From assembly GCA_973895155.1 (NCBI GenBank), contig OZ316897.1, positions 5,717,327 through 5,781,326 on the forward strand: 64,000 bases of DNA, written 5' to 3'. The stretch is from Marsupella aquatica (taxonomy: Eukaryota; Plantae; Marchantiophyta). The first letter of the stretch is position 1. The number at the start of each line of letters is the position of its first letter. Below the pieces are notes generated by a model that saw only the letters and a list, made by a program, of their open reading frames with translations, was not told the DNA's origin and ran no database searches. A program made the translations under genes and the position numbers. This document shows positions 22,961-35,038 of the stretch, one piece after another.

Positions 22961-25900
22961 TCAAACTTCATCTTCACCATTTTCGCCATCAGAATCCTCC
23001 AAGGTGACCTCCAATTCGTGTTGCCTCCACTTGAAAATCTTCACTCTCTTGCCGGCGTATCTCCCTTGATGTTCCGTTCCGTCGAGTTCTCGAATGGAGT
23101 AAGTAGCATTTGGATGAATTCTTGTCACTACAAACGGTCCTCGCCACCTCTGTGCAAACTTATTTTCCGTAGAATGCTGATTTTCAAGGTTGCTCTCATA
23201 AATAAGCACCCAATCGCCCTCTTCAATCACTCGAGGTTGAATCTGATGTTTTCGGTCAAAGTAGTCCTTGTTCTTCATGCGTGCCACCCTCATTTTCTCT
23301 AATGCCTCTCGAATCTTCTCAGGTGTCTGATTCAAATGGTCGATCCTGGTAGCGAGCAACTCTTCACGGCTAACATGGTCCCTCCATCCAATCGTTCTCC
23401 AGCTCCTCACATCTTCCTCTATCGGCATCAAGGGCAGATGTCCCATCATCAACTCAGCTGGCGCATATCCTATGACTGAACTACACGTCAGTCTGTCCGC
23501 CATCAAAGCGAGTGGTAAATAGTCTGGCCACTCTCTGAATCTCCCTCGACATGACTTGACTAGTGCATTAACAATTGGTGGGTGCCCTCTCTCACTCTTC
23601 CCGTTTCCCTCCGGGTTGTACGCACAAGTAAGACTCAATCTAATATGGAACTTCCTAAAAAAAAGATCGGCTTCCTCCGTATTGAGTTCTCTTCTGTCAG
23701 CTCTCAACTGATCAAAACACCTGTGTCTCGCTATCATATCCTCCAAAATAAACCTACAAATAAACTCAGTCTTATTCGATGGTAATGCTCGACCCTCGAC
23801 ATAAGATGACAACTCTTCTCTCGACAAAACCAAAAACTTTAAACCTCTAACCCCTCTCGGCATATAGACAACATCTAAGACCCATTGTAACCTCATTGCT
23901 AAAGGATAAGTTGGACAAAGACCATCTCGATGCTTGACTTTCGAATAATATTGGCAAACTGGACAACTCTCAACATACTCTCGAACCTCTGTATAACAAC
24001 TCGGCCACCAATATAAGCCCTTGACCCTCTTGTATGTTGCCTGGACTCCTCTATGTCCTGCAGACTCATTGTCATGACTCTCTCTCAAGACTCTCAACTT
24101 GGACTCATTGTCACCAGTGACCCTTAATGGAATTCCTCCTCGTGTCTTGGGTTGCCTCCATAGAAGTCCGTCTCGCAGTAGGTATCCAAAAGCCTTCCTT
24201 CGGATTCTCTCAAATTCGTCTCGTGTCCATTCAGTTCTCCTCTCAAGTGTGCTCAAATATCTTCCAAGAGTAAGCAGCTCGCCTGAGTAAAGCTCCTCTT
24301 TAAATTCTACCTTCTCAACCTCCAATGTCTCGGTACTATGTACACCTGCGCTCTCCTCCTCTCCAAAACCATCCTCAAATCTCGCTCTCGAAAGCATATC
24401 CGCAACAGGATTATCTTTCCCTGCAATGTGTCTCAACTCCGGGTTAATCATCCAAATAAATGCAATCCATCTCAACATTGCAATGTCTGGTGTATCATAG
24501 TTCGCAATCATTCCCAAAAGTGGCTGACAATCCATCTCAAGTATTACATAGGCCCCTATCAGGTAATCTTTCTCTTGGCGAAGTGATGACTTAGCTCCCC
24601 ACAACTCTCTCTTAATCTATGGGTACCACCTCTGTCGCTCTGTAAAAATCTTCGCCCCAAAACGTGTAGCAAACCGTCGGCCTTCTTCATCATCCTGTTC
24701 AACAGCCCATCCAGCAGCTGTGGGACTCGAATCAACTGTGACAATGATTGGCCTCCCGCAAGTATAGTCCAACGGTCGTAGTACAGGCGGGCTCGGTGGA
24801 AAGCAAGATTGAGGGGTACCAAAAAAGGATCTCCAATGCTCCACCAAAAAGGACCTGAGACTCCTTTGAATGCAATAAATAGGGGCGTGTTACACTCAAG
24901 GGTTGTGATCTTATTTTGGCACATCAAAGGCTATCATTTAACCTAGATCTTTGGAAGTGTGCCCCATCTTTGAGGAAGTGTACCAAACTTTGAGGAAATG
25001 TGTCCAACAACTTGAGGAAGTGTGTCCAACCTTGGAGGAAGTGTATCAATCTTTAATTTACTCCTTGCTAATCTCCTTTTTTAATGAGGACTATGAGAGC
25101 TAATCCATAGTCCTTTTTGCACTTTTTGGTACCCCTCAATCTTGCTTTCCACCGCTCAGCAAAGCTTTCTTCAATCTTGTCATCGCCTCCGTGTGTCTCT
25201 TTGTCCAGACAAACCTGCGCCCTTTTCTCAACAACTCATACAAAGGCTCAGCGGTATGGGCAAAATGAGGAATCCAAATACGATAAATACAAGCTCTTAA
25301 AAATCTCCTAACCTCTATAGGCGAAGTACAATCTCCTAATTTACTAATAGCATTAACTTTTTCTACACTAGGACTTCGCCCACAAGAACCACAATGTTGT
25401 CCCACTACCATTACTTCTTTTAACCCAAATGCAGATTTCTCTCCTGAAAGCATTACTCTAGCCTCTATCATGCGCTGCAAAATTGCCTCAACATCCTGCA
25501 TATGATCCCCAAAAAAATTCCTTATCCCATCCTCTCGTACCGTCTCATCTCTCTTTAGTTCCAAACATCCTTTAATAGGTATGTCATCAAGGAAGGGTCG
25601 GGTCTTGTCAGGAATAAAACGCTGCAGGATCAAATTCATGGCGTTTTGCATATGTGCTACCGAGTTTGTAGCATCTTGAGGCAAGGTACACATTTTAACT
25701 AATCCCAACGGTGTTCGCATCGTTGTTATGTCTCGGCTACACTCAGACAACTGGAATTGATCGTACCCCGAATAAAGGTCTCCTATCGAGTAAATCACCC
25801 TACCAGCAAACTCTTCTGCAAATTCATCTACAACCGGCCCAGTACCAACATTCCTAATTGTAACCCTATTAGGTGGTTGCATATCTTGGATGAAACGCAA

Positions 25901-26456
25901 TTTCCCATTTTTCTTCTTAACATGCAGTAAACCACTGATTTGAGTATGGGGCTTCAGATCACTCAAGAATCTTCGCCTTCAACTTCTCCTTAAGTAATTC
26001 CATAAGCTTTGGCATTAGTGCCCGTGGAACCCGAAGTGGTCTCAAATCCCATGGAATATGTGGTACTGTAAAAATAATCATTGGGGTTACCTCTCTCGGG
26101 TTAACACATCCAATCTCATCTAAATTAAAGGAAAAAGCTTTCCCATGTCTACTTATCATCTCTTTAAACCTCTCTTTCTCTACATCCCAAAGTAATCCAT
26201 CATCTCCTACTCTAATCTGATCAAGAGTCTCTTCAGTGAACACATGCCCAATCCCTTTTGGGTCTCTCAAGCTAGGTTCTTCTCTAGCTTTTTCAATCAA
26301 CCCTCGAGCATCTAAGGGCAAAGGTACAGCTGCAGGTCTCACCTTCTTGTCAACTGTCTTATACTTTGTGTTCACATTAATTTGACTCCCTATAAAATTG
26401 CTAATCCCTCTATACAATTCCTTTCCAATTTCGATCTCACTCATTCCTCTTTCCAT
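22961..26456 (-). pseudogene. Nested gypsy pol (RT, RNase H, integrase), disrupted
   Basis: GDLYSGYDQF, PQDATNSVAHMQ, PFLDDIPIKG; RNase H VTVDSSPTAAGW; integrase HHCC (H..SAGH...CPVCQ), LDVVYMP, YNPEGNGKSERGH; GPF motif. Confidence 0.9.
24795..25153. mobile_element. 359-bp MITE with about 30-bp TIRs and a 4-bp TSD
   Basis: TIR GGTGGAAAGCAAGATTGAGGGGTACCAAAAA and its reverse complement; TSD GCTC (24791-24794, 25154-25157). Removal restores KALLSPPVLR in pol. Contains about 5 tandem units of about 21 bp (CTTTGAGGAAGTGT...) at 24950-25053. Confidence 0.9.
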
Positions 26457-26736
26457 CAGTTCTAAGGTTCGCTCTACTGTTTCCCCTATCCCAAACTCAT
26501 CTATATAGCCCTCTAAACACTCATCTGGTTCTATTCCTAATCTCTTATGTAATCTAGCTTCCTCTCTACATAACCCACGTACAATCCTTGTACAACACTC
26601 TCTTTTTCTAACATGGACTATAACTCTTCCAAACCCAAACCCAACAAAGGATGAAACAAAAATTTCTCTAACTCCCCTAATGTGGACGATTTTCCCGCCA
26701 TGGCGCCTTGTTCAGTCGTCTCCCTATTCAAGGCGC

Positions 26737-29178
26737 CTAGTCAAAATCCTCAAACTTCCCTTCATTTTTCTTCCCTTCTCGTAGTTCTATACGATTTCTA
26801 GGATGGGCTGCTTGTACTATCGGGAATTGAATCATTTTAGACCCATCCCTACTCCTGATCAAAGCCACATGCGTCCCATCATCTAGTACCTGTGTTGCCA
26901 TCCTCATCTCAGTGATAAATGGCTGCCCTAAAATCATTTGCATGGGAAGACTCTCATGAACAAAAACATTCATCAGTTCCACAATGTCCCCAATTCGGAG
27001 CTTAACTCCAGGACAAGCTCCCCAAAAACTATTCTTGTCTGCACTAACAGATCTAACTCCCCACCCACTATATCGATCTACTGCCCATTGTCCCTCCTCA
27101 TAAATACGCATGGAAATAATATTTACTTCTGAACCTGAATCTAATAAAGCTCTCACAGGACTCTTAATTCTATCTAACTCCACCTCACATTCACTACACC
27201 CTCGTGCCCAATGCATTTTCCTAACATCCATGGCTATCGAGCACCAAGCTAAAGCTCTCTCTCTCTCATCTGCTCTCATAGCCTCCACCCCCACCTGCTC
27301 TTGACTCGTGGATTCTCCTCTCTCATAGCCCTCTCGTCCCCCACTCACTTTACCCACAAAAGGCATCACTCTTTCTTCCCCTTCGTCCTCCGAGTCAAAA
27401 CTCCCTTCTTCTGCCAAGGTACATGCCACCCCTTGTGGCCCTTCCTTTAGGATGCGTTTTCTCTTGACCTGCGTCAAGATAACATCTTGCACATCTCTCC
27501 TCATACACCCTATTACCTCCTTGTTTGTTAGACCTCTCACTTCTTGGTTCCAAAATTTGGCACCAACCGCATTAAAGTCAACCTCCCACTCAATTTCCCT
27601 CCCTAATGGGTACCCTGGTTTCTTTCCTCCTACCTTCCCTCTCCCTTTTTGCTCTACCTTAGAACTCGTCCCTGGTTCTTCCCTCTTAATCTCCCCTGAC
27701 TCTCCTTCTCTCTTTTCCCCCTCTTTACTACTAAATGATTCCCTCGAATCCCTTTGTTTCACCTCTACTATTACCTCGGAACTGTCCTTCCCTTGCTGAA
27801 TAGAGTTCACAAAAACTGGTGCTTTCCAACCAGTTTCCCTCCGCAAATACTCAGCATATCTCTTCTCACTCACCTCATCAAAGTTAGACCTGGTACCACC
27901 ACTCGCCTCTACTCTATCCCGTTCTGCTACATAAACCCTAGGCTCATACATCATTGCCCCAACCTTTGCCTTTCCCCTATGCTTTTCAACAAGCACCTTC
28001 ATCCCTCCTTTACCAAAGTTTAATGGAACCCCTTCCCCATCGTCAAAGTATGCTAGCCTTTTCTTCCCTGGTTCCCCTACAAACTTGACCCATTGCTCTT
28101 TTAGGGCCTCCGTCAACTCCCTACATTCATTTCTGGTGTGATCTTTTGAATCACACCACATACACAAAGCATTCGGCCTCCTCTCAGCTGGTTCCCTTCT
28201 TGGAATCTCAGTCCTCTGAGACCTCTGCTCTATCACATGGGAGGTTAAAAGCCTTATTCCTTCAGCAATTTTCTCTAGGTCAGTCGTGCTGGACCCTTCC
28301 ACCTACACCCTCCTCTCGACATCTTCTCTCCTCCCAACTACATCCCTGGTGATCTCTCTCTCTCTCTCACTCTCCCTCCTCCTTACCACCTCTCTCGTGG
28401 CCTCTCTGTCGTTCTCTCTTCTCCTTCTACGCTCATTTACTCTCATTACTGCCCTCTCGACCAGACTCCAATCCGCTGGTCCTTCCGCCCAAGTGGGTTC
28501 TAGCAGATCCATGGAGTTTTCTAACTCATCCCTAAGCTGCTCCCCTCCTGCTCTCAAAAACAGTTCTGATTTCTGAAGTTCAATAATCCTTACATCACGC
28601 CAAGGGAGCTGGCTCATTCTTCGAGTGAACTCTCGAAGTAATTGTTGTGGCTCAAGTCTCTTCTCTCTCTCGTTAACCCAATCCAGGAAGGAAGTGTGAG
28701 TCTCCCTACTCGAATCCTCTAACTGAAATTCCTCTTTCATTCTACGCTCAAAGTCTCTCCAAGTCCTATCCTCTACTGACTTATCTACCAAAACCTGAAC
28801 TGACCCCTTCAAACTCATCTCAACAACCGTGACGAACTTTTGGATCGCCACAACCTCATCCACCATTTGTATCTCGACTTGTGTCTTATACTCCTCTAAA
28901 TATCGGGTGACATCTCGCCCATCGAACCTACCTCTATTTGTGAGTACTGCTTGAAGGCATCTCGATACCCTCATCTCCTGGTCTCTTTCCCTTCTCTCTA
29001 CCATTTCTCTCTCTCTCCTCTCACATTCACTAACCGCATCCTCTCTCTTCATCAGCTGCATGGCAGCCGCCATCATTCTGATCATATCCTCCATAGTCTC
29101 TTCTTTTCTGAAAGCTTCAGAAAAACTTTCTATATTAGGACTCACGTTTGAATCCATACACAAGTTGACAACCCTCAA
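26737..29178 (-). pseudogene. Nested gypsy gag-protease ORF (one premature stop at 28303)
   Basis: RGRFDGRDVTRYL capsid motif, CMWCDSKDHTRNEC knuckle, ALLDSGSEVNII protease. Confidence 0.88.
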
Positions 29179-29627
29179 ACTATGGTCTCACTCTCTCTTC
29201 CCTCGAAAGTTTGAATCAACAAATCAGTCGTCTCCAATCTTTCGCAGTTGATCAGCCTCTCAGCTCTTCGAGCTGCCACTGCTGAACTGTCTCTCAAGAG
29301 ATCATGAAACCAAGTTCACCCTCTATCAATCAATCAATCTCTTATCTAATCAATCATTCATATTAAACAACCCTAATTATCTATTCTCTTTTCTAATTCT
29401 CTCTACTCATGGCTTGCCTTCTGCTCGTCTCCCTTAAGTTCTCAACCCTAAATGATCGTATGGTTCTCGACGGCCGTTCTTCTCGCTCTTCCCTAATCTC
29501 TACCTTATTCTCTTTTTCCCTCTCTAACTTAATCTCACTCGGAACCCCAATTTTCTCATGGTCGATTGTTTCTAATGGCTTACCCATTCACTAATCACAT
29601 GTCCCTAAAACTAATGATTCTGCGAGT

Positions 29628-29645
29628 TCCCCAGTATGGTCGCTA
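29628..29645 (-). promoter_or_regulatory. Degenerate PBS of the nested gypsy (tRNA-Arg-like)
   Basis: TAGCGACCATACTGGGGA lies 4 nt from the LTR end and resembles TGGCGAC...CTGGGGA Arg-type PBSs. Confidence 0.6.
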
Positions 29646-31980
29646 CTTATGTCCGGGGACCAGTTTAAAGCGGTATAAAAGTAGACCTTTTAATATTTTT
29701 AGGGACTTGTCAATCCATTCGTACTTTCGTTCCTTTTTTTCTTTTTTGTAAGCCTTCCGGTCTTCTCATTTTAAGTACGACTTAAACCTTCTTTGTGTCT
29801 TCTCGATGGTCTCTGTTCACTTGCTCTTTGGTCTTTCCTTTCTTTGTGTTCCTATCACTCATCTTCTAGTACCAGTCCAAGTGCCATGCGTTTTCCGTAG
29901 AACTCCTACTTGTTTTCTTTCTCAAGGAAAAATCATTCAGTCGGTCAATCAATCATCCAAGTCGGTCAAATCGAAGACTTCTTTTGTTTTTCGGAGTTCC
30001 AATAAACCAGACAGTGATTCCAAGTTGGGTTTCAACGAACTGTGGCAACGTAGTGTCGTTCACGAAGGTTTCCCCATCACGATCAATCTCGACTAAAGGC
30101 TGTCTGATGAGAGTTCAGCAAAACAATACAATTAACACCGGAATTCAACCCTCCCGTTTGTCTTAAGCTGTCAGTAGCTTTTTTGTTCTTCAGTCCTGCA
30201 CTCTTGAAAGCTTATTGTTCACTTCAAAAACTTTGGCTTTCTTCTTGCTTGTCGCTCGTCTGACTTTTCACCAAGCACTACTAGAATCCAATCAGGCATC
30301 CTCAACTTTAAGCAACTGTTCTTGCGCATTTCTTGTTCATTGCTCTCCAAGTTCTCTGGTTTTCTTGATATTGCTTTTCTTTTCTCGATTGTCCTCTCGT
30401 TCAAATTTGAATTCCCTCATGGTCATGCCAGTCGTTTCGTCTTGCTTGATACTTCCCTTCGGCGGTACGCCCTCCTATCACTCAAATCCCCTTCCCGTAT
30501 TGTCTTCTTTCTAATCTTCTCACATCTCCGCTGTTTTACACCATTCAAGCTCGTGTCAACTCCTTCTTCAGTCTTAATCGTCCCTTCCTTCAGAAAGAAA
30601 AGTTTTCGTATACTGTTTCACTTCTTTGCCTTCAGAATGCGAGTTTTTCCCGTTCAGCAATTTCCCTGCCCTCTGATCCTCTCAGAAGAAATTTATTTAC
30701 CGTCTCCTGATTCTCATCCTGCTTCCATTTAATCACCCTTGCGTTCCTTTCCTTCGCTTAAACTTGCTCCCTCTAACTTCCTTTCAGCTCCTCGCCTTCC
30801 CATCGCCCATTTCCTCTTCCTTCTGCTTCAACAATTGATCATTCGCCCTTCCTCTCACGATTTTTCACCCTAAAACTCCAGATTCTCATTCATTTTTGGA
30901 ATTTTCCTTCTCCCGAACGCTTCATCATAATCTGTCAGCCCGAACCTTCTCGCCCATCGCTATTTTTTAGTGCATGCTATTTACTCCTCTAAAATTTCCT
31001 TAGTCCTGGGTGGCAGCGAGTTGTACATGTCACGTCGTAGGCTTCGGCCTTAACTCAGACTTCAGCTTAGACGGGCACATCCCTCATAAATCTGAGGGTT
31101 CGGGCAGGAAGGGAAGCACGTTATACACCTTATTCTCGTAAACTAGCGCTAAGTGCGCATACTGCTAAATACGGACACCTCCTAGGTATGGTTTGTGTTC
31201 CGCCGCCGGAAAGTACCTTAGTCGATAGCAGGATCGACCCCGGCTTAAGGGCTTCTAAGCCTTCGTGCTGTCCGCCTTCGATCCGGATTCGATGATACAG
31301 GTCCTCAACCCGTGCTCGCAACCACTTACCCGCAGGCTGCACCCTGTGCACGTCTCGGGTAGTGCGTTCGGCCTGGCGCTGCCACCCATATACGAGAAAC
31401 CCACACACATATGCGCACACATGCATACAATCTCGATTTACACGAAGGAAAATGATGGGAAAGGATTTTACTACAAAGGGAACATATGCGTACACTTAGT
31501 TGACACGACAGCCCTGGAATGCACAGGTTCAAGGCCGAGGGTGCACACTACAATGGAGCCCGGCTCCGCACTCGCCCGGCGAGCTTAGTCCTATCCCCTC
31601 CCCTTGGTACTCTGTCATTCCCAGAGGTCGGGACTCCCCGCATGTCCCACGGATGTCCGACTCTGAAACTAAAAACCCCCCTGCCTTTACCGAGGGGTGC
31701 ACTAAATACTAAGAGCCGAGGAACGGGGTGTCCTCTCGCCGAAGATTCGCTGACTAAGGTCCTAACTAAGCTGACAGTCAGGCCGGAAAACGGCTGTGTC
31801 TTATTAGAAGATCCTAATCTATGCAGGCTGGACAGCAGGGCAGCACTGCTGTACCTAAGGCAGGTGCCTGTCCCAAGAGCCTGACTAAGCCAATCCTAAT
31901 CCTAATCTATTCCTACTCCGCCGCTAATGCCTGGCACGCTTGCCAGAGCCGCCCGAATGGGAACGGCCATCCCGCTGCCT

Positions 31981-34572
31981 TCAAAGCCTGTCATTGTCCG
32001 CTTTGAGGAGCTGGACCTGGTCCAGCAGAGATTCGTTCTCTCGCCTCGCCGCGTCCGTCTCCTCTGCTGCCTCCTGACATGCCTCCTCCAGCTGCTGGGC
32101 GTCGTTCGTCAGTTTACTCGCCAGCTGGTCCTGCTTCTCGGCCTCGGTTTGGAGCCGCGCCATCTCGGCCTGCAGCATGGCTATCTCCGTCGCGTCCCGC
32201 TGGGCTCGCTCCTCGGCCTCCTCCAGGTCTTTCTGCCAGGTGACAGCTTGTTTCTTCAAACTGTCAATCTGGTTCCGGAGTCGTGTAATCTCGGCCTCGT
32301 TCCCAGCTTTGGCCTGTTCGGCTAGGGCGGTAAGAGCGTACGCCTTTGCTAACAACTCATCGGCGGCTGCAATCTTGGGTCGTAGTTGCAGAAGCTCAGC
32401 CTCTTGAGCCGCCACTTCGTTCTTTAGGTACACGGACTCCACCCGGTACCGCTCTATCCTCTGAAGGGCCTCCGACTGGGCCCGACCTGCCTTTACGGCG
32501 GCAACCAACTCCTGATTGAAGAAATAGGCTACCTTCCAGGCCATGAACTCCCCGGTATCCCGGGCAATTTGATGAGAGAAATCTCCCAGAAGCCCGTTCA
32601 AAAACGTACCCTGTACGAAGAGTTCCAGGTGGTCCAAGTTGTGCCTGTCCGGATTTGGGCACGGGCAGACATCAACACGCGCAGGGGCCGGGGCAGTGAC
32701 GTCCAGCCCTGGGGACATAACGTTGGAAGGGGCTGGAGTGTCCTCCTGCAGCGATGTCTGGTTCTCCGGAATTGCCACCGGCGGGTCCTTGGGAGACCCG
32801 GGTTCGGGTAAGACCTCTGCCGTACCAACTTCTATACTTAGCCCGGCTAGTTGGGTCGCATCAACGGTTGCGACGACCGACCCCTCCGGCGCCTCCTCGT
32901 TTATGATTACAGCTATTTGTGGAGGTGGGGTGGGTGAAGCTGGCGTGTCCACTGGACTTCGGGCCTCGGGTTGGGGCCGTCTCTCCAATGCCGGAAAAAC
33001 CCACCTAGCTGGGACCAGCTTTGTAACGTTGATGCGGGGAAGGGTTCGTCGATCAAACCGGGCGTACCACTCAAGAATGATTTCGATATGGCTAGCGAAA
33101 TACGCCTTCCCGCCAATGTACAGCGTCTTCCTTCGCCGCTCCATCTCTTCATGGAATTTCTTAGCGAAGTATGACGCCCATTTCCTAGGTCGATAGTTCT
33201 CGACCTGGATAACCTGGGCGGCGGAGATCTCCCCCCGGGGTTCCATCATGTGGAGAGCGTACCTCTGGAACTCCAGCCGCTCAGCTATCTCGGGCATGAG
33301 GCAGGTCCTCATCACGAACCCGTTGTCTACGGATCCCTCTGAGGGAAAACTTGAAGATTGGTACTTGGCCCCCTTGCCCCCGGGAGCCCATGATTCGACT
33401 CGATGGTCACCTTCGGGTAACCCGAAGATCATCTTGAGCCGTTCTTCTATGAGGGACATATTCCTTCCCCGCAGCCGAGTCTGTTGACGTACGTCATCAT
33501 AATTCTTGACGAATTCTGTCATGTCCTCCCCGTAGTACCTGCAAGTGTTCCAGGGGAGAGAGGTGAGGTGCTCAAATCCCTGAGTCTTTAGGTACACCGC
33601 ATGCTTGGGATGGAGGATGTTGCTATGAACGTTTTCCCCCATGCGATGCATCGTCACCTTGGCTACGGCTACCGTGGCCAACGGTAACCCGGATGCAGTG
33701 GCGGATTCCTTCCTCTTCTTTCCCCGTGACTGACTCGGGGAAGGTGATACTTCCCCATCCTCCCGATCGGGCCTGGGGAGTGCCACTGCGGTTGGTAACG
33801 GGCCCGGGGCGGCCACGGTCACTATGTTGTCTGCTGGGGCCGCTCCTGGGGTCAGAGCAGGGGGTGGGGACGATATAGTGTCGGCCCCCCGAGCGCTTGT
33901 TCCTCTGGGCCGCCTGGTCAAGGGTGGGGTAGCCTCGTCGTCATCGCTAAGATCCACAGTGTTGATGACGGAGCGTACCTGTGCTGGCTGGGTGATAGGT
34001 GGTGGGGTTTGGCTAGGCTGCGGCTGAGGCTGAAGCTGAAGCTGAGGTTGAGGCTGGGGTTGCATGGGCACGGGTACGGGTACGGGCCCGGCTGAGTTGG
34101 TCATGTTGGTTGATGGCCGAGTTCCCATGAAGCTCTGCAGGTGCTGGTAGAAGTTCTCCGAAGCGAGTGCGGACGCCCTTGTCGAACGGTTGGTACTGGA
34201 CTCGCCGTTAATGACAGCCCGAACCTGGGCAGGGATGTGGTCGAAGTGATGTCGCTGCAGGTCGATTGTACCCGGGATATTGAAGACCTCGTCCGGAAGC
34301 CAAAGCAATGCTTCCCAGAACCTGATATATTTGTCTCCGTTGAAGAAGTACCCAGATACCTCAGCTGGTCGGTAAAGCTTGCTCTGAGACGGGTAGTCAA
34401 AGTTAAGGACGTAGTGGTGTCGTCCTGCTAGGCGGATGGCTCTCTCGTATTCGCATTCAATCTCGTATCGGCGCGGGTTGGCGTGTTTCAATGAATCGGC
34501 CAAGTGCCTTCCGGTAGATAGGAACTGCGTCCAGAATCGAATGGCCGAGCTGGAGAGGATCGTGTGCGACAT
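31981..34572 (-). CDS. Intact 863-aa LTR-encoded accessory protein (N-terminal domain, Pro/Gln-rich linker, KKRK NLS-like motif, PMD/plant-transposon-protein-like domain, C-terminal coiled coil)
   Basis: Uninterrupted ORF with TATAAAAG about 100 nt upstream; homologues in three other LTR copies in the window. The domain assignment is by eye (LKTQGFEHLTSLPW...EFVKNYD...RGRNMSLIEERLKMIFGLPEG). Confidence 0.85.
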   Translation of the reverse strand: MSHTILSSSAIRFWTQFLSTGRHLADSLKHANPRRYEIECEYERAIRLAGRHHYVLNFDYPSQSKLYRPAEVSGYFFNGDKYIRFWEALLWLPDEVFNIPGTIDLQRHHFDHIPAQVRAVINGESSTNRSTRASALASENFYQHLQSFMGTRPSTNMTNSAGPVPVPVPMQPQPQPQLQLQPQPQPSQTPPPITQPAQVRSVINTVDLSDDDEATPPLTRRPRGTSARGADTISSPPPALTPGAAPADNIVTVAAPGPLPTAVALPRPDREDGEVSPSPSQSRGKKRKESATASGLPLATVAVAKVTMHRMGENVHSNILHPKHAVYLKTQGFEHLTSLPWNTCRYYGEDMTEFVKNYDDVRQQTRLRGRNMSLIEERLKMIFGLPEGDHRVESWAPGGKGAKYQSSSFPSEGSVDNGFVMRTCLMPEIAERLEFQRYALHMMEPRGEISAAQVIQVENYRPRKWASYFAKKFHEEMERRRKTLYIGGKAYFASHIEIILEWYARFDRRTLPRINVTKLVPARWVFPALERRPQPEARSPVDTPASPTPPPQIAVIINEEAPEGSVVATVDATQLAGLSIEVGTAEVLPEPGSPKDPPVAIPENQTSLQEDTPAPSNVMSPGLDVTAPAPARVDVCPCPNPDRHNLDHLELFVQGTFLNGLLGDFSHQIARDTGEFMAWKVAYFFNQELVAAVKAGRAQSEALQRIERYRVESVYLKNEVAAQEAELLQLRPKIAAADELLAKAYALTALAEQAKAGNEAEITRLRNQIDSLKKQAVTWQKDLEEAEERAQRDATEIAMLQAEMARLQTEAEKQDQLASKLTNDAQQLEEACQEAAEETDAARRENESLLDQVQLLKADNDRL

Positions 34573-34672
34573 TCAGAGGAGATAGTAGTGGCGACCTAGA
34601 GAGAACGAGAGAGCTGGGGTCGAAGCTGGCGCACGGACTGATGGACTGGTGCACTACAAAGGGTTGGCTCCC

Positions 34673-34680
34673 CTTTTATA
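34673..34680 (-). promoter_or_regulatory. LTR TATA box
   Basis: TATAAAAG 358 nt inside the LTR 5' end; conserved at 40683-40690 in LTR B. Confidence 0.7.
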
Positions 34681-35038
34681 CTTTGAGGGCTCGTCGATCC
34701 CCGACGTCTCCTCGACGCCCATAGGTTGAACCGCTCACGCTTGTGGTGTACCGACCACTCCGCCGGTCTGAGTCAGCGTGCGTCAGTGGCCGCTTCCTTA
34801 AGTTCGTTATACGGACCCGAGGGAGGGGCCCCTCCACGCTCGTAACCCGGGTGTGCGAATAGTGACCCGTCGCCAGCCCGAACCTGAAGTCCCCCTTATT
34901 GCCTAATGATGCCCTACCCCTAATGATTACCTAAATACTATCATTATGCTAATAATAGCGGCCTAAGACCCACCTAACGCGCGTGCCGAGCGCAGTTAGA
35001 TTGAATCACTCATTAACCGCCGTACCGGCGGCGTCACA

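Larger units (their letters stand above)
15180..31003 (-). mobile_element. Second Ty3/gypsy LTR retrotransposon, nested in the gag of element B
   Basis: Direct repeats start TGTCCGGGGACC at 15180 and 29650, with gag-PR and RT-RH-IN on the minus strand between them. The 5' LTR (29650-31003) has an internal deletion of about 850 bp at a CTTG microhomology and is truncated at its outer end. Confidence 0.9.
31028..35038 (-). mobile_element. 4011-bp solo LTR (copy A) containing a complete gene, inserted in element B gag
   Basis: Ends TGTGACGCCG...CGACGTGACA; 5-bp TSD with one mismatch (GTACA 31023-31027, GTACC 35039-35043). The empty site restores gag ARPWYNSLPPRT. Colinear with the PBS-adjacent LTR 35603-41038. 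Confidence 0.88.

Noticed and set aside
24950-25053. About 21-bp repeats resembling a CRISPR array
   Set aside because: The units are tandem without unique spacers, lie inside a MITE in eukaryotic DNA, and there are no cas genes.
31981-34572. Reading the 863-aa ORF as a host gene
   Set aside because: It is intronless, bounded by TG...CA ends and a TSD inside gag, and repeated in LTR copies that adjoin a PBS.
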